Of a stretch of 64,000 nucleotides of DNA, positions 28,238 through 44,953 are shown piece after piece. The DNA comes from Balanoglossus misakiensis (Eukaryota; Animalia; Hemichordata): the NCBI GenBank assembly GCA_040954595.2, contig CM082590.2, positions 7,502,001 to 7,566,000 on the forward strand. Reading direction: 5' to 3'. How positions within the stretch are numbered: position 1 is the stretch's first letter; each line of letters opens with the position of its first letter. Made by a program: the position numbers and the translations under genes. The notes below the pieces were generated by a model. The model did no database searches and was not told where the DNA came from. It was given only the letters and a program-made list of their open reading frames with translations.

Positions 28238-28670
28238 ATTATGATGTGGGACAAAATTAACAAGTGGGGGACATCATGGGGTTACCTAGACTTGAGACTG
28301 GTTTGGTCTTAACCCTTTCACCACAATGGTTTGATCCAAATCCATAGTTTTCTATGGTAGAGTTGGACCTCTATACAGGGAACTGGGGTGAAAGGGTTAT
28401 AAGTTGAAAGTTCGCACATCAATTTCCTGACTGTCTATATTCTAGATATTGTTGCATTGCCCTAAAAATGGTCAGTATATTTTTCACTGCTTCAAAATGA
28501 CCACTTGGAAAACACACAGCTTTAACCCTTTCACCCCCGGATCCCTGTGTACTAGTCCAACTTTTCCCCACAGGAAACAATGGATTCGGACCAAACCATT
28601 GTGGTGAACGGGTAATACAGACTAGGCACCACCATGATGTCATCTATCAATCACCACCCTGTTCACCCCT

Positions 28671-31073
28671 CTACAGAATGGCGCATTCCGACTTGGTGTC
28701 CGTCAACTCTTGGATGTCACCCCCTTTGTAGTCCTGGATGGCGATGATCACCTACACCATCACCAAGACAACAACAACAATAACAACAACAACATGTAAA
28801 CAATATTCATTACAGCACAATGCTTGCTGTCAAGTCTTAAAGCCCCTATAGCTGCCAAATTTCACATATTTTTTTCCACAGTAAAGCACTTCAAATATAT
28901 TCCCTATCCTCTAAAATCCTCACCAATAAGCCATATTACTCGCATTTGCATCACTTTGTCATCTCTTGGCGACGCACACCACGATAGCTGCGTACTGTTT
29001 GTATGGAGGCTGATTAAATCGGTGCAGCACCGTTTTAATACATAGCGTGTTCAAATTGCAACATGCAGTCACAATCGGGCATCGATAAGGTGTTCATGCA
29101 TACCTATCAGTAAGCTTATTTAGATGGACCAATCTAAGTTGGAAAATAAAATCATGAAATTTGAAAATAATGCAAAAAGGTCAAAGGTCATACACACCTG
29201 TTTCGTGTGTGGATAGCCACCACGCTTCCTCTTGGAGAACAACAGCTTGTTGTCAACGGTGATCTCAAAGGCCCCTAGGTAAAATTTCAAACCCAACATG
29301 AAAACAGCAGTTAATTAAATGCAATCACAGCACAGTGTACATTATTTAAGCAATAACGTACACTGCACAAGTGCACAATTTAAGGAACTACTATTATTAT
29401 TATTATTTGTTTATTGCAGATATAAAATCCATATAATAAATAGGAAGAAAGTAAAAGAACACATACAAAACAGTGGTTAAGAAATCCACTTACACCAGCA
29501 TTTATATAATTTGCTTTGTGATGAAATTGAAATATTTAAAACTGCCTTTACAAGTGGATTTTCAGACAAATCTGCTGATAAAACCCACCATTTTTTTCTT
29601 TTTAAAATTCTGTCCAATGTTAAAAGGGATGAATTCACAAACAAAAGGCTATTACTTTGTACAAAAGAGTGGCTAATACCTGACAATTTACGATAAACTA
29701 TTGGACTGAATGATGGATACAAGCGAGATGGAAGTTGTGTATGGTCGAACGTTATATCCACATGTAGAATAACATCAACAGTGTCTTGTATCAAACATAA
29801 TTAATGGAAAAGGGGCAGCGAGAGAGAGACTTTGTCCCTTTAATGGAGCTTTCCCGTCGTCATGGGAACTATTGGACTGAATGATGGATACATACCAGCT
29901 CGTCCTCTCTCTCCACTGACTTCCGCACCAGAAACGGCCTTCTGGATCTTGTAGGCCATTTCCTGATAGCGGCTCTGGTAGCCTCATCCACCACTGAAAC
30001 GAAAAGCAAATGACATATGGTGAAAACAGTGCTCTGTCATTATCTTACTGAGAATGAGACGAATATTCTAGTGCCTTCTGCAGTGTAACTCTGTGGTTGC
30101 ATTTTTAGGGAACTGTTTGCCTTTTTATACACTGCTCAATCTTGCTTGAAGCTTCAAGTGAGAAACAAACAAATAAATAAACAAATGAACGAATGAATGA
30201 ATGAATGAATGAATGAATGAATGAATGAATGAATGAATGAATGAATGAATGAATGAATGAATGAATGAATGAATGAATGAATGAATGAATGAATGAATGA
30301 ATGACAAAGTTGTCCTGGTAGCAGAAAAAAAGTAAAGCACACAGATGAGATCACTTGGGTAGTTTGCCAAGAAGCCAAGAAGTTCTGTTTACAGTATGAT
30401 GTTACTGAAAATGAGAGATTGTTCAACAGAATCTGTTTCAACCTAATGTCGAATGCAAAAAAAATGGGTCAACAAACTTCAATTGTATTCGCCTAACAGC
30501 CCAACTTTGATTCTGCCAAATGACCTGAATCAAAGTCCATTCAACAAAATTTGCTGTGTCACAGTTGATAATGTTTGTCATCTACAACAACGTAAACAAA
30601 ACTGTATTGACTTCCCTATTGACAGACACTTCAATAATTTTGTTTGCTTTTCGTCTTCAGACAGATAAAATATTGATAACAATAATTAGAATGTCAATAT
30701 TATTATGAATAAAATTGTGAGGGTTAATTATGTGCTAACTTGAAGTGGACACACCCACAATACAAACATTGTTTACGTAATTTGGTGTAAACAATTCTGG
30801 CAAGCGTAAATTTCAGATCAAAATCGTGGATTTCATTCGTTCTTCAACCAGACCAGCTATAAAACTACTTGGTACCAACACAGTTTAAGTAAACATTTCA
30901 ATGTATGCGTCTCACCTAAAGCACTATATACATATCTCTCGGTAATATAGCGGACGACAATATATTTATCACTACTTATCACAGACTCCAGTGTGTAGCA
31001 GCACTGAAACGCGTGAAAAATCGATTCTTGTAACTTCATGTACTCACCAGTATTCTATGCGGACCTTCACCAT
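28671..31073 (-). CDS. MIEN1: Selenoprotein W2 / MIEN1-like Rdx protein, copy A, 93 aa with Sec
   Basis: Exons 31073-31048, 29993-29896, 29274-29198, 28751-28671: MVKVRIEYCGGUGYQSRYQEMAYKIQKAVSGAEVSGERGRAGAFEITVDNKLLFSKRKRGGYPHTKQVIIAIQDYKGGDIQELTDTKSECAIL; TGA at 29984-29986 in CxxU; GxFEI and SK..GGxP Rdx motifs; CaaX end; SECIS present. Confidence 0.93.
30185..30304. repeat. (GAAT)n microsatellite
   Basis: Direct reading. Confidence 0.97.
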
Positions 31074-31928
31074 GTTTTCAAACTGGAAAAAAAACTTCCA
31101 AAAAGACGAAATTCCACTAAATCTGCGAACAGGACAGCAGGACCACACGATACCACACAACTTAGGTAAAGAGTATGTAAATAAAGTTGACCTGGTTTGA
31201 CCCAAACCGTAGTCACGTGACACGATAATTCAGTTGCCAAGGCAGCTCAGCGCAGCGTCTTGAGACTTTCTGTTACCATGCAGTGAAATTATAACTTTTG
31301 CAGGTCACATAATTGTTTTTTTTTAAATGTTCGCATATTTATATAAATGATGTCTTCTTTTTCAGTGCTAGTCTGCAGGCGTGACAACTACATGTATCTG
31401 TATCAGACAGTCTTTCCATGGGTCTTACAATGTTCATTGCCATGGATACCAATGAGCATTGTATGGTTTTGGATACTTTTTGCCATATATACACGTGTGA
31501 GATAGACGGATAGATAGACAGACAATATTTTGAATATTTTAAAGACATTGTATATTAATTCCAGTTTTGAATTCTATATATCTGTACAAAAAAGATCAAC
31601 ATTTCTACCAGAGAGGGCAGTATTCATAGCAACCCGATGATTTTCACCCAATGCCCTGATGTTACACACATTGCTCACGATTAACAGCAAAAACTAGCAA
31701 GTTTCATCCTAAAATCAATATAACAATGTGTATCAGTATGTCCAATGCACTCATGGTAAAACTTCTGATCAGTTAATTTACAATATGTATAAAAAAATAC
31801 CAATCCTTTCAGATGAGACAAGTTGTCAAGTTTTATTACCTGAGAAAAATTTGCAACAGGTGTTGTTTATTTATACGCATGATTTGGCCAAAATGTGTCC
31901 AAATCCATTGTTTTCTATGGTTAAGTTG

Positions 31929-32144
31929 CAGTGTTTCATCTAGACAGAGGGATGGGGGATTCACCCCGTGTTGACATGTTGGCACCCTCTAGCAATTTGT
32001 CAAGGGGGGACCAGTACCCCTAAAATGATGTCATTCACATGTTGAAGATATTACAGTCCCCCCTTGCCATGGTGGAATCCCCTCAAATATTCTGACAAAG
32101 GGGGACATATCCCCCCTACTGATACCACCCTGAATGAAACACTG
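31929..32144. mobile_element. 216-bp MITE with CAGTGTTTCAT termini nested inside a 90-bp piggyBac-like MITE
   Basis: TIR cagtgtttcat/atgaaacactg, AAGTTG repeated on both flanks; relatives at ~15088-15319 and ~4513-4810. Confidence 0.8.
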
Positions 32145-32343
32145 AAGTTGGACCTCTATACAGGGAAGTAGGGATGAAAGGGCTAATGATAACACAAATA
32201 TACAATGACATGATTGAATGTATCAAGATAAATACAAAATGTAGCCGATTAACAATACAAATTTCAGTAAAATATTTTTTTTTTCATTTACATATATATA
32301 TCGTAACCCCTTTCCGTTTGGCAATTTATAATTTCATCATGAG

Positions 32344-32429
32344 CTCACAAGTTTTTACAAATCCATCAAGTGTAGAAACTGAGACAATCTCTTTATTTCA
32401 ACACTGTCATAAAGTAAAAATGTTGTGAG
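32344..32429 (-). promoter_or_regulatory. Type II SECIS element of SelW2/MIEN1 copy B
   Basis: Minus strand: ATGAC-AGTGTTGAAAT-AAA-GAGA TTG TCTC-A-GTTTCTACACT-TGAT; differences from copy A preserve pairing. Confidence 0.93.
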
Positions 32430-32686
32430 ATTATGATGCGGGACAAAATTGACAAGTGGCGGACATCATGGCGCTAGAAATGAACCTCTTACCCCTAATG
32501 AATAATGGACTCTTCCTTCACAATTTGACAATACAAAGTACAATAAATATGCGGACTTGTATTTAAAAAATTGTCTTACACAAAATACTATTCTTGTCTG
32601 TTACAATAATCCAGTGATTGTTGAAATCTTACAGTAAACTTAAGGCATGTAGCAACCATGATGTCCAATAAAAATAACTCCATACA

Positions 32687-32883
32687 TTAAAGGTACACAG
32701 TCACCTCCAATTTACATACACCCATATATAGCTGAAATGGTGTATTTGAGTGTTCTAAAGAACGTATGGTGGCACTTTTTTTCGCGTGTGCCACCCACTG
32801 AAAATCCAGATCTGCGATTGGCTAGATCTCAATTTGCCATGGTAATGGCAGGTGAATTTGCATCGGTGACTGTGTACCTTTAA
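32687..32883. mobile_element. ~195-bp TTAA-flanked MITE with AG..CT termini (Kolobok-like)
   Basis: ttaaAGGTACACAGTCACC...GGTGACTGTGTACCTttaa; copies at 54558-54750, 57380-57569, 62596-62763. Confidence 0.8.
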
Positions 32884-32899
32884 ACTCGTAAGTTGTGTT

Positions 32900-34322
32900 T
32901 TACAGAATTACACATGGAGACTGGCTGTCGGTCAACTCTTCCACATTGCCACCTTTGTAGTCCTGCAGTGCCATGACAACCTGTACAGAGAGAAAAGAGC
33001 GGGAAAACAGAGATTAAGAAAACTCATTGTCGTATACTAACTACAATTTTTATTGGGATATAATTTCGAGGTTTTGATGTCTGGGACAAAATCACAAAAT
33101 TAGTCCAAATCCATTGTTTTTTATGGTAAGGTTAGACCTCTAAAGAGGGAACTTGAGGTGAAAGGGTTAAAGGGACAAAGTCTCTCTCTCTCTGCCCTTT
33201 TTCCATTACTAATGTTTGATACAAGACACCGTGTATGTTTTTCTACATGTGGATATATAAGTGAATCAATATTCAAGAGAGAGACTTTGTCCATTTAATG
33301 GACCATCACACATCATACCTGTTTGCTGTGTGGAAAACCACCAGTCTTCAGTTTGGAGAAGAGCGATTTTCCATCGACGCTGACCTCAAAGGAACCTGAA
33401 AAAAAGATGGCAGTATTTTGTCGGTCCAATATCATTCTCAAAAGCCATGGGAGGTGTACGAAAGTGAAAATGTTACAATGATGCCAACTTACCACTCCTT
33501 CCGACCTGCCCGGTCACCTCCGCACCGGGAACTGCGTTCTGGATCTCAGATGCCAGTTCCTGGTAGCGGGGATAGTACCCTCATCCACCACTGAAATAAA
33601 TAAGACACAGAGCATCAGATACCACATGCATGCACAACTACTGTAAAACACTTTATTTTCGCGAGCAATACATTTTCGCGAAATACGCGAGAGCCAAAAT
33701 AACGTGAAAATAAAAAGTCGCGTAAATTTATTTTGAAGATAACGATGCAGTGAATGAAATAAGAGAACGCGAAAATTAATACTCGCGAAACAGTGGCCTC
33801 TCTCGATATCGCGAAAAAATTTAACTCGCGAAAAATAAAGTGTTTTACAGTATCTCTTTTGTATACCTAATTCTGTGAAATCCTCATATGGGACCACAGT
33901 GTCCTTGGCGCTATGTTTTATACATGAAAAAATACCAAGCAGAATTCAACAACCCGTTCAAAAGTCATGTGACCAACACGAGACACTGGTACTACTACTT
34001 GTCATGGTTGTTACTATGGTTACACCTATGCGTGGCTGGCTGCGTGCACTGCAGGCTTGCGATTGTTTTAATTGACAGACGTTATGTTCCCTTGTTTTAA
34101 TTTCTGTTCATTGCGAAGTTATGAAACCATAAAGGGGGGTTAGGTACTACATGATGTAGATAGTCTGAAAAATGATAACCCGGAAATGGTAAAATTGCCA
34201 AGTCATTACTAAATTAATTACGATATTAGTAAGCTATGCAGACACGCTAAACTCTCAAAATTCAGCTGACAATGATGTGTGGATACTCACCAATATTCTA
34301 TATATACTTTCGCAGAAGCCAT
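32900..34322 (-). CDS. MIEN1: Selenoprotein W2 / MIEN1-like Rdx protein, copy B, 95 aa with Sec
   Basis: Exons 34322-34291, 33590-33493, 33395-33319, 32980-32900: MASAKVYIEYCGGUGYYPRYQELASEIQNAVPGAEVTGQVGRSGSFEVSVDGKSLFSKLKTGGFPHSKQVVMALQDYKGGNVEELTDSQSPCVIL; TGA at 33581-33583; exons 2-4 same sizes (98/77/81) as copy A; ends PCVIL like human MIEN1. Confidence 0.94.
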
Positions 34323-36425
34323 GATTCTTGACGCCGATAAAATGAATAAAAGTAAAGGTATTGTAACTAGACCGGTAATTGCTGTATTTGTACAATGACC
34401 GTGGTTGACCCTATAGAGTTTGGTGGTTGTTATTACATTCCTCCAATTCAAGTCATCTCAATGTTCCAGTTCCAACGTTGAGTGTGCTGTACTATATAGT
34501 GAGGTCACAGCCAGGGTCACAGCGTACTTCTTCGCCTTGGAATATAATTTTAAACGCATGTTTCAGCAGGAATGGTAAACATATTTAAAAGCATTCTTAT
34601 CTTGTTAACATGATAGTTGTTTGTATATATAAACTGGATTAAACTTGACCCTCCACACACCAGGCCGTCTACACATGATACGTGGACAAACTTCTACAGA
34701 CTATAATATATTTCGAAGAGATCCGCACATACCATAGATATGCGCCAAAATAGTTTATTACATGCATATTACATTCAAGGGGGGTTATTTTTTGCAATTC
34801 ATGCATTTCTCGAGAATGTTGTGTATCCGTCTACGTTTTGAAACCTTTTCATCGAGAATACGGCATAAGCATACACCGCTTTAACAGACGTGCGTCCTTA
34901 CGATGTCTTTTGATCAAATTTTACTGAAAATTAAAGCGGCTTTTTCGTCTTGTGAACGCGTCTTCCAACTTTACTTTTACGGGGATGGCCATTTGTTCGT
35001 CGAGACGTTTGGCCTACATCCAGTACAGCAGTTCACAGGTTTGCGAAACATAAATTTTATTCTGTATGGCGTCGACGCAGAGCGGCGCGCTAGCTCACAC
35101 GCGAAGTGAAATCCGTGAGGCGAGTAGGCGGTCCCTCTGAGCTCCGAGAAGAACTTTGCTCCGGACAGTCACAAATTTTCTGCCAAAATTCCACCGACGG
35201 CGTTTTCACAACCCGAAGAGGCGTGGTGTGTTTGTAAGCTTGCGACAGGTGAGTCACGCGTATGGGATAACACGGTCCGTGGAGATGCAGTTAAGTTAGG
35301 AACCGGCAAATTAAGTTACACTGCACTATAATAGTATAAAGCGTTCTGGAACACCCCTCCCTGCATAACTGTATGATGTAATGCGAGTTAAGGGTCATAG
35401 CGATGACATGACCGCTTTAATCTCAGCCGAGGTCAAACGCCGAACTACTTCTGTCAACATATCCCGTCACGTCAACTTTTATACACAGCGGAGTATATAG
35501 TCATTCATTCACTATTTGCGTGTGCGTGAGTGACATAATTATAATACAAACAGTAAATTTGCAAGTAACTGTCGGCTAACGGGACGTGTTTATCGCCAGC
35601 ATAGGCTACAAGCAAGTCAGGTGTAACATTGTAGAATATGGCGGTGTATTTTTTGTGTATTTGACCTCCAAATTAACTGCCTACAGACCTTGCATAGGCT
35701 TTTAACGTCCCCTGTGAAATTGACAACGTCTGACCATATGCTGTGTACGCGTACGAGTCCACAAACCCGGAAGTAACAAAATGCGCGTTTTTTTCGACAC
35801 GCGAAGTACAATCATGGATAGACGCAGTGAGCGACCAGTTGCTACCTAGTTAAGTCGACCAAGATTTCGATCTATGTGCCCATGTTAGCTTATATAAGAG
35901 TTTTTGTGTTGTCTTGTACCGTGAATACCAGAATCTGATAAAATGGTTGTTTTTGCAAACTGCAAAGTTGGTTGACTTAGCCCTAGATTGGAGAGTTCGC
36001 GACCTCTACTTCAGTTACTTCAGGTAGAAAAGTTCATTGAAACTTGAAAGGGTTTTGTTTGCATAGAAAGAACCAAGAGAAAATGTGAGATTGACAGATC
36101 AACCCCAGCGATGGACGAAAGGGAACTTTTGGAGAGAGAGAAAGAGAGATGAGAGAGAGACAGAGGGATGGAGGGAGAGAGATGAGAGAGAGTTGAGAGC
36201 GAGAAAAGATGACGGGGGGGGGGGGGTCGCAAACGAACCACGACGCGACGACCCGCCAAAACAATTATAATGCAATTATTTTTTGGATGAAATCCAATTT
36301 TCTAAAAAAACTGCGAAAACAATGAAGAAGTTTGTGATTTCGGGTATAAGCATCAAGTTGCGCGATTAGGAAATTACAAATACCGGAGAAATTACAATAA
36401 ATATTACATCAGGCTGTCTCGTGGC

Positions 36426-37451
36426 TACGTGTAATTAGTTGTTCTGGATTCAGGACATCGGCTGTGCACTCGGGGTCAATGCTCTTTTTTTCCCGGGACG
36501 GCGAGCAACCCTGCCCTGGACTGACATGATATTCGAACCGCTTGCACTGACATGAGGTGACAAACACGTGTGACTGGGATTTTTTTTATCGCAGGCTTTT
36601 TCTGTTTGAGTGCAACTGCACCGACTCCAGGAATGGGCGTTTAAGTTTGAAGGATGCGGACCTATAAATCTTTAATTGGATTTTATCCACCATATAATTT
36701 AATTAGCATCGCACGGAAATCCGATCATGTACGTGGATCTTTATAAATATAATGCATCTACCAGGCATGTAGTCGTTTTAGTTGGCGTGATATTGAACAA
36801 GGTTTATCGCGTTTATATAGACGACCATTTTCTGCATATGTTATCAACCTGGGCACAGTTTGCTCTAAGCTGAGCCCATAACATTGTCAGGGGATGGGTC
36901 CGGCCAGCGCGTCCACGCGTCTGTCCCGAATGTCGGACACACGTGCGTTGCGCGCGATGATTACTGAAAACCGCGTGTTAAAATTCAGAAATGTACATAG
37001 GCCATCTGATAAAAACTGTTTGGTTCACGTACGTAGTTTTGTGAGTCCCAAATGTAAGCGGTATCTATTGCGCTGGGTCAGTGTGACCGGTTGACCTCCA
37101 CGAGATCAAGATGACATCAATGACCCTGAACTTCTCACGTACATGTGCGCGTCCATGGTTAGGAATTGAGGCTTGTATACGTGACCAAAAGACCACCTTA
37201 TGATCTCACATGGATCAATTCTGTCCCTTTCTGGAGCTCGTAAAAAAACTCCCGAACAGCAGTCTTTTGGGGAAAAACCCCGGGGGGAGGGAGGGAGTGC
37301 CCCTTGCCCTTAAGAGGAGGGAGAGGGGTCTGGCACAGTACGGACGTGATGTGGAGAAATCAGATGTCCGTGAACGTGGCAACCTTGACCGTGCACGTGG
37401 TTCCCATAACCGTATGTCATAGCTGGATTCAATGACGTCACGGTGACGTCA
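36426..37451. promoter_or_regulatory. Cluster of ACGTG (HRE/E-box) cores and two CRE palindromes upstream of SQOR
   Basis: Ten ACGTG cores counted in ~1 kb; TGACGTCA at 37433 and 37444. Confidence 0.45.
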
Positions 37452-39657
37452 TTTCTCTTAACAAAACAAAAAATACGAGTTGCATTTTTCCTAAAATAAT
37501 AGTTGCACATGAAATATACATGTATAACTGTGCTTATTTGAAATACACAACTGACATAGGCCTACATTTATTATTCGTCAGCTCATCATGACGTACATGT
37601 GATTGTATCTCTTGAACCTTGGATGATAGGCCACGAGAAAAATAATAATTGTTATCAATTTGGCGGGTAGATGACATCTCCCCAATCAGAAGCGCTCTCA
37701 TGGCTCTTGTGGGTTTGACAGTAGACGGCATATGTTAATTGTAACCACAAGTCTCATAGTCAAACGACAGATAGTGGCCTCAGACTTAAGTGTTAGGGAA
37801 CACACTGATTTGCAGTTACACGGAATTTGTAAGGTAGGATTTGAAATCATGACAGCTGTCAAAGTTGTAATAAGCATCTCTAGCGCGTTAGGTAGACCAC
37901 GTTCAGATAAACAACGCGTTGCTTTTGACCTTGGGGATTCACCGACTGTATATGACCCCCACGCTCAAACATATGGTCACGCCGCCCGCCCGGTGTAGGG
38001 GGTCACTGTGTATTAACACCGTGACCCCAGGTGACGTTTAAGCTACGCTTATATATCCCGATAGATGACCCACGCGTCCTACATACATACATACATACAC
38101 ATATCGGTCTGTAACTGTGTCATGACTGGGGATGATGTAATCACTCATTCTCAACGCAGAAATAACACATTTTTCTCGTCAACCGACACTTATATTGGTG
38201 GAAAATACGTAGAGAACGTTGTAAGTATTTATTCAGTTGACTTGACCATGACAGAGTAGGCAAATCCTTAATAGTGAGCCATTTTTTTTCTCTCGTATGC
38301 AAATTGCAATGGACATTTTCCATGAAATACACATTTCGAGGACTGACAACGTCAGACGCAAAGGGTGAGCACTATTTTCATGTATGATATTGACATTCAC
38401 AATGCAAGCTACGATTATTTAAAACTCGGCCATGATAATATGACATGCGTTTGTCGTTTGTAGGTGTGTATCTTAATGGCTTTTTTATCTCGTCCGGAAG
38501 TGAAACTGCGCTCAAAAGACTTGACACGTGGCATAGCACATTTCTGTTTTAGTACAGCTTATTGGCTATCCCAAAACTCAATACTGTGCGCGCTGAAAAA
38601 AATGATATTTTCAGGTGAAAATCGCCCAGGTTTAAATTGTGTATGTGGTTGCGTCGCCTTAGCAACTTTTCCCAAAATAACATGGTGAATTGTGCATGTC
38701 GTCTGCAACCAGTCTGTGTCGCGTTTACGTGCAATGCATTGTTGAACCGGTCAAATAACTGCTAGTATCATAATATATTTATCGCATATTTTAACATTCA
38801 ATGTGATATTTAGCTGTTTTATTTACATATTCAAGTTAACCTAGTCAATCACATAGTTTTAGTCAACATGCTGGGATACACACATGTCCGTACTTTGACA
38901 CAAGCTGCGCGACCTTAGGTAACCCACGGTCACTCCACACATAACCTCGACAAACGCGTGATAGCATTGTGAAAAAAATACCGGATCGCTTTCCAAGTCA
39001 GAGAGATTCTTACACCGACGTTTAGTGAGTTTATTCATTTAAGGTAGGGTTGTTTTATGTTTGGATAATATGCGATACAGGCGTTGCATTTGTGTGGACG
39101 ATTTTGCGGTCTAGGATTTCCGAATAGCCTTCAATTCAAACTGATATGCATATGACTTTTACGTTGAGTGACAATGACCTACAGCCCCCCCCCCCTGTGT
39201 CACGGTGACTCAACAAATGTGTACTAGAAACAGGCGGCTCACAAAGCCCCCTCCCCTCCCTACCTCGCGCAGTAGGGACCCCCCCCCCCCGAAACCAACA
39301 CGTTGTCCTGAAACGAACCCAACATTTCGTGTAGTAATACCCGGAAGTCATGACCTATTTACATTGCATTGACTTACTTCATGCGTACATATGCACCGTG
39401 CGCGAATTTCATCAGAAATTCTAGTAATTTGGTTCATTTGAGGGTGTTTCAAACTTGACAGTCGTTTTATGTCCAGTTTTATCCTTATAGTTTTGTTTTG
39501 ACAACTGAATCAATTTTCTTTTAGTTGTTTGAGTATGGAGACAGCAAAGCCCCTTGTCAAGACAGAAGTTGATTTGGAGACGGAAATCAGTGATATTTCT
39601 TTCTTCTTTTCTTCCAGATAGTCGGAGTAATAATCTAATTTGCTCCACCAGTGAGAA

Positions 39658-44139
<4,482 letters not shown>

Positions 44140-44588
44140 ATAATCGGTGGTGTTATAGCTTCATAAGCTGTCCATTTTCACTATTTTTTAGTATTTTTGT
44201 TTTGTGTATCTACTGCAGTTTCTTGTTCAAATCCCTGAAGCATGATGAAATGCTGAGGAATCAGATTTTTAACACAACCTATATGTGTATAGTCAGCATT
44301 GTTATTGTGCGAAATTTGAATTCAGGTCCAGACTAGAATTCATTTGTCAACAATAACAGTGGTTGTTACGCACAAACAGGCTATGCTGACAAGTGGAGTA
44401 CTGGGTATATTAGCATGCTGTTTTGAGTAGAACAAGAAATTGTATTTGGTACACTGAATAAAAATACTGAAAATTAAGCCAAATGATCCAGTAATGTCTC
44501 TTTAACGACATTTGCATATCATTTAGACGCACAGTTCTGCCTTACTTGATTGGACTTTTGACGACTTTACTAGACATTTTCAAGAATG

Positions 44589-44953
44589 TTAAAGGGACAA
44601 AGTCTCTCTCTCTCTCGCTGCCCTTTTTCCATTAATTATGTTTGACACATTAAGACACCGTTTGTTATTCTTCATGTGGATATATGAGAATCAACATTCG
44701 ACCACACACAATTTCCACCCCACTTGCAGACACGAGAGAGATAAACTCGCCAAAATGAATAATTGGTGTCGGTACGTACCATTTATTCATTTTAGCGAGA
44801 TTTTTACTCTCATATCCTACAAACGGGATGGAAGTTGTGTGTGGTCAAACATTGATTCACTATATATCCACATGTAGAATAACATAAACAGTGTCTTGTA
44901 TCAAACATAATTAATAGAAGAGGGGCAGCAAGAGAGAGACTTTGTCCCTTTAA
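44589..44953. mobile_element. ~350-bp near-palindromic TTAA-flanked MITE (Kolobok-like AG..CT termini)
   Basis: ttaaAGGGACAAAGTCTCTCTC...GAGAGAGACTTTGTCCCTttaa; copies at ~45485-45834, 55611-55962, 63115-63466, partial near 29730, 33167, 41216, 53590, 54195, 58765. Confidence 0.88.

Noticed and set aside
29960-29983. Sec redefinition hairpin just after the UGA
   Set aside because: Only 3-4 bp stems, not conserved between paralogues
29984-33583. In-frame TGA codons as evidence of pseudogenes
   Set aside because: Same position in CxxU in both copies, intact downstream exons and SECIS elements indicate selenocysteine
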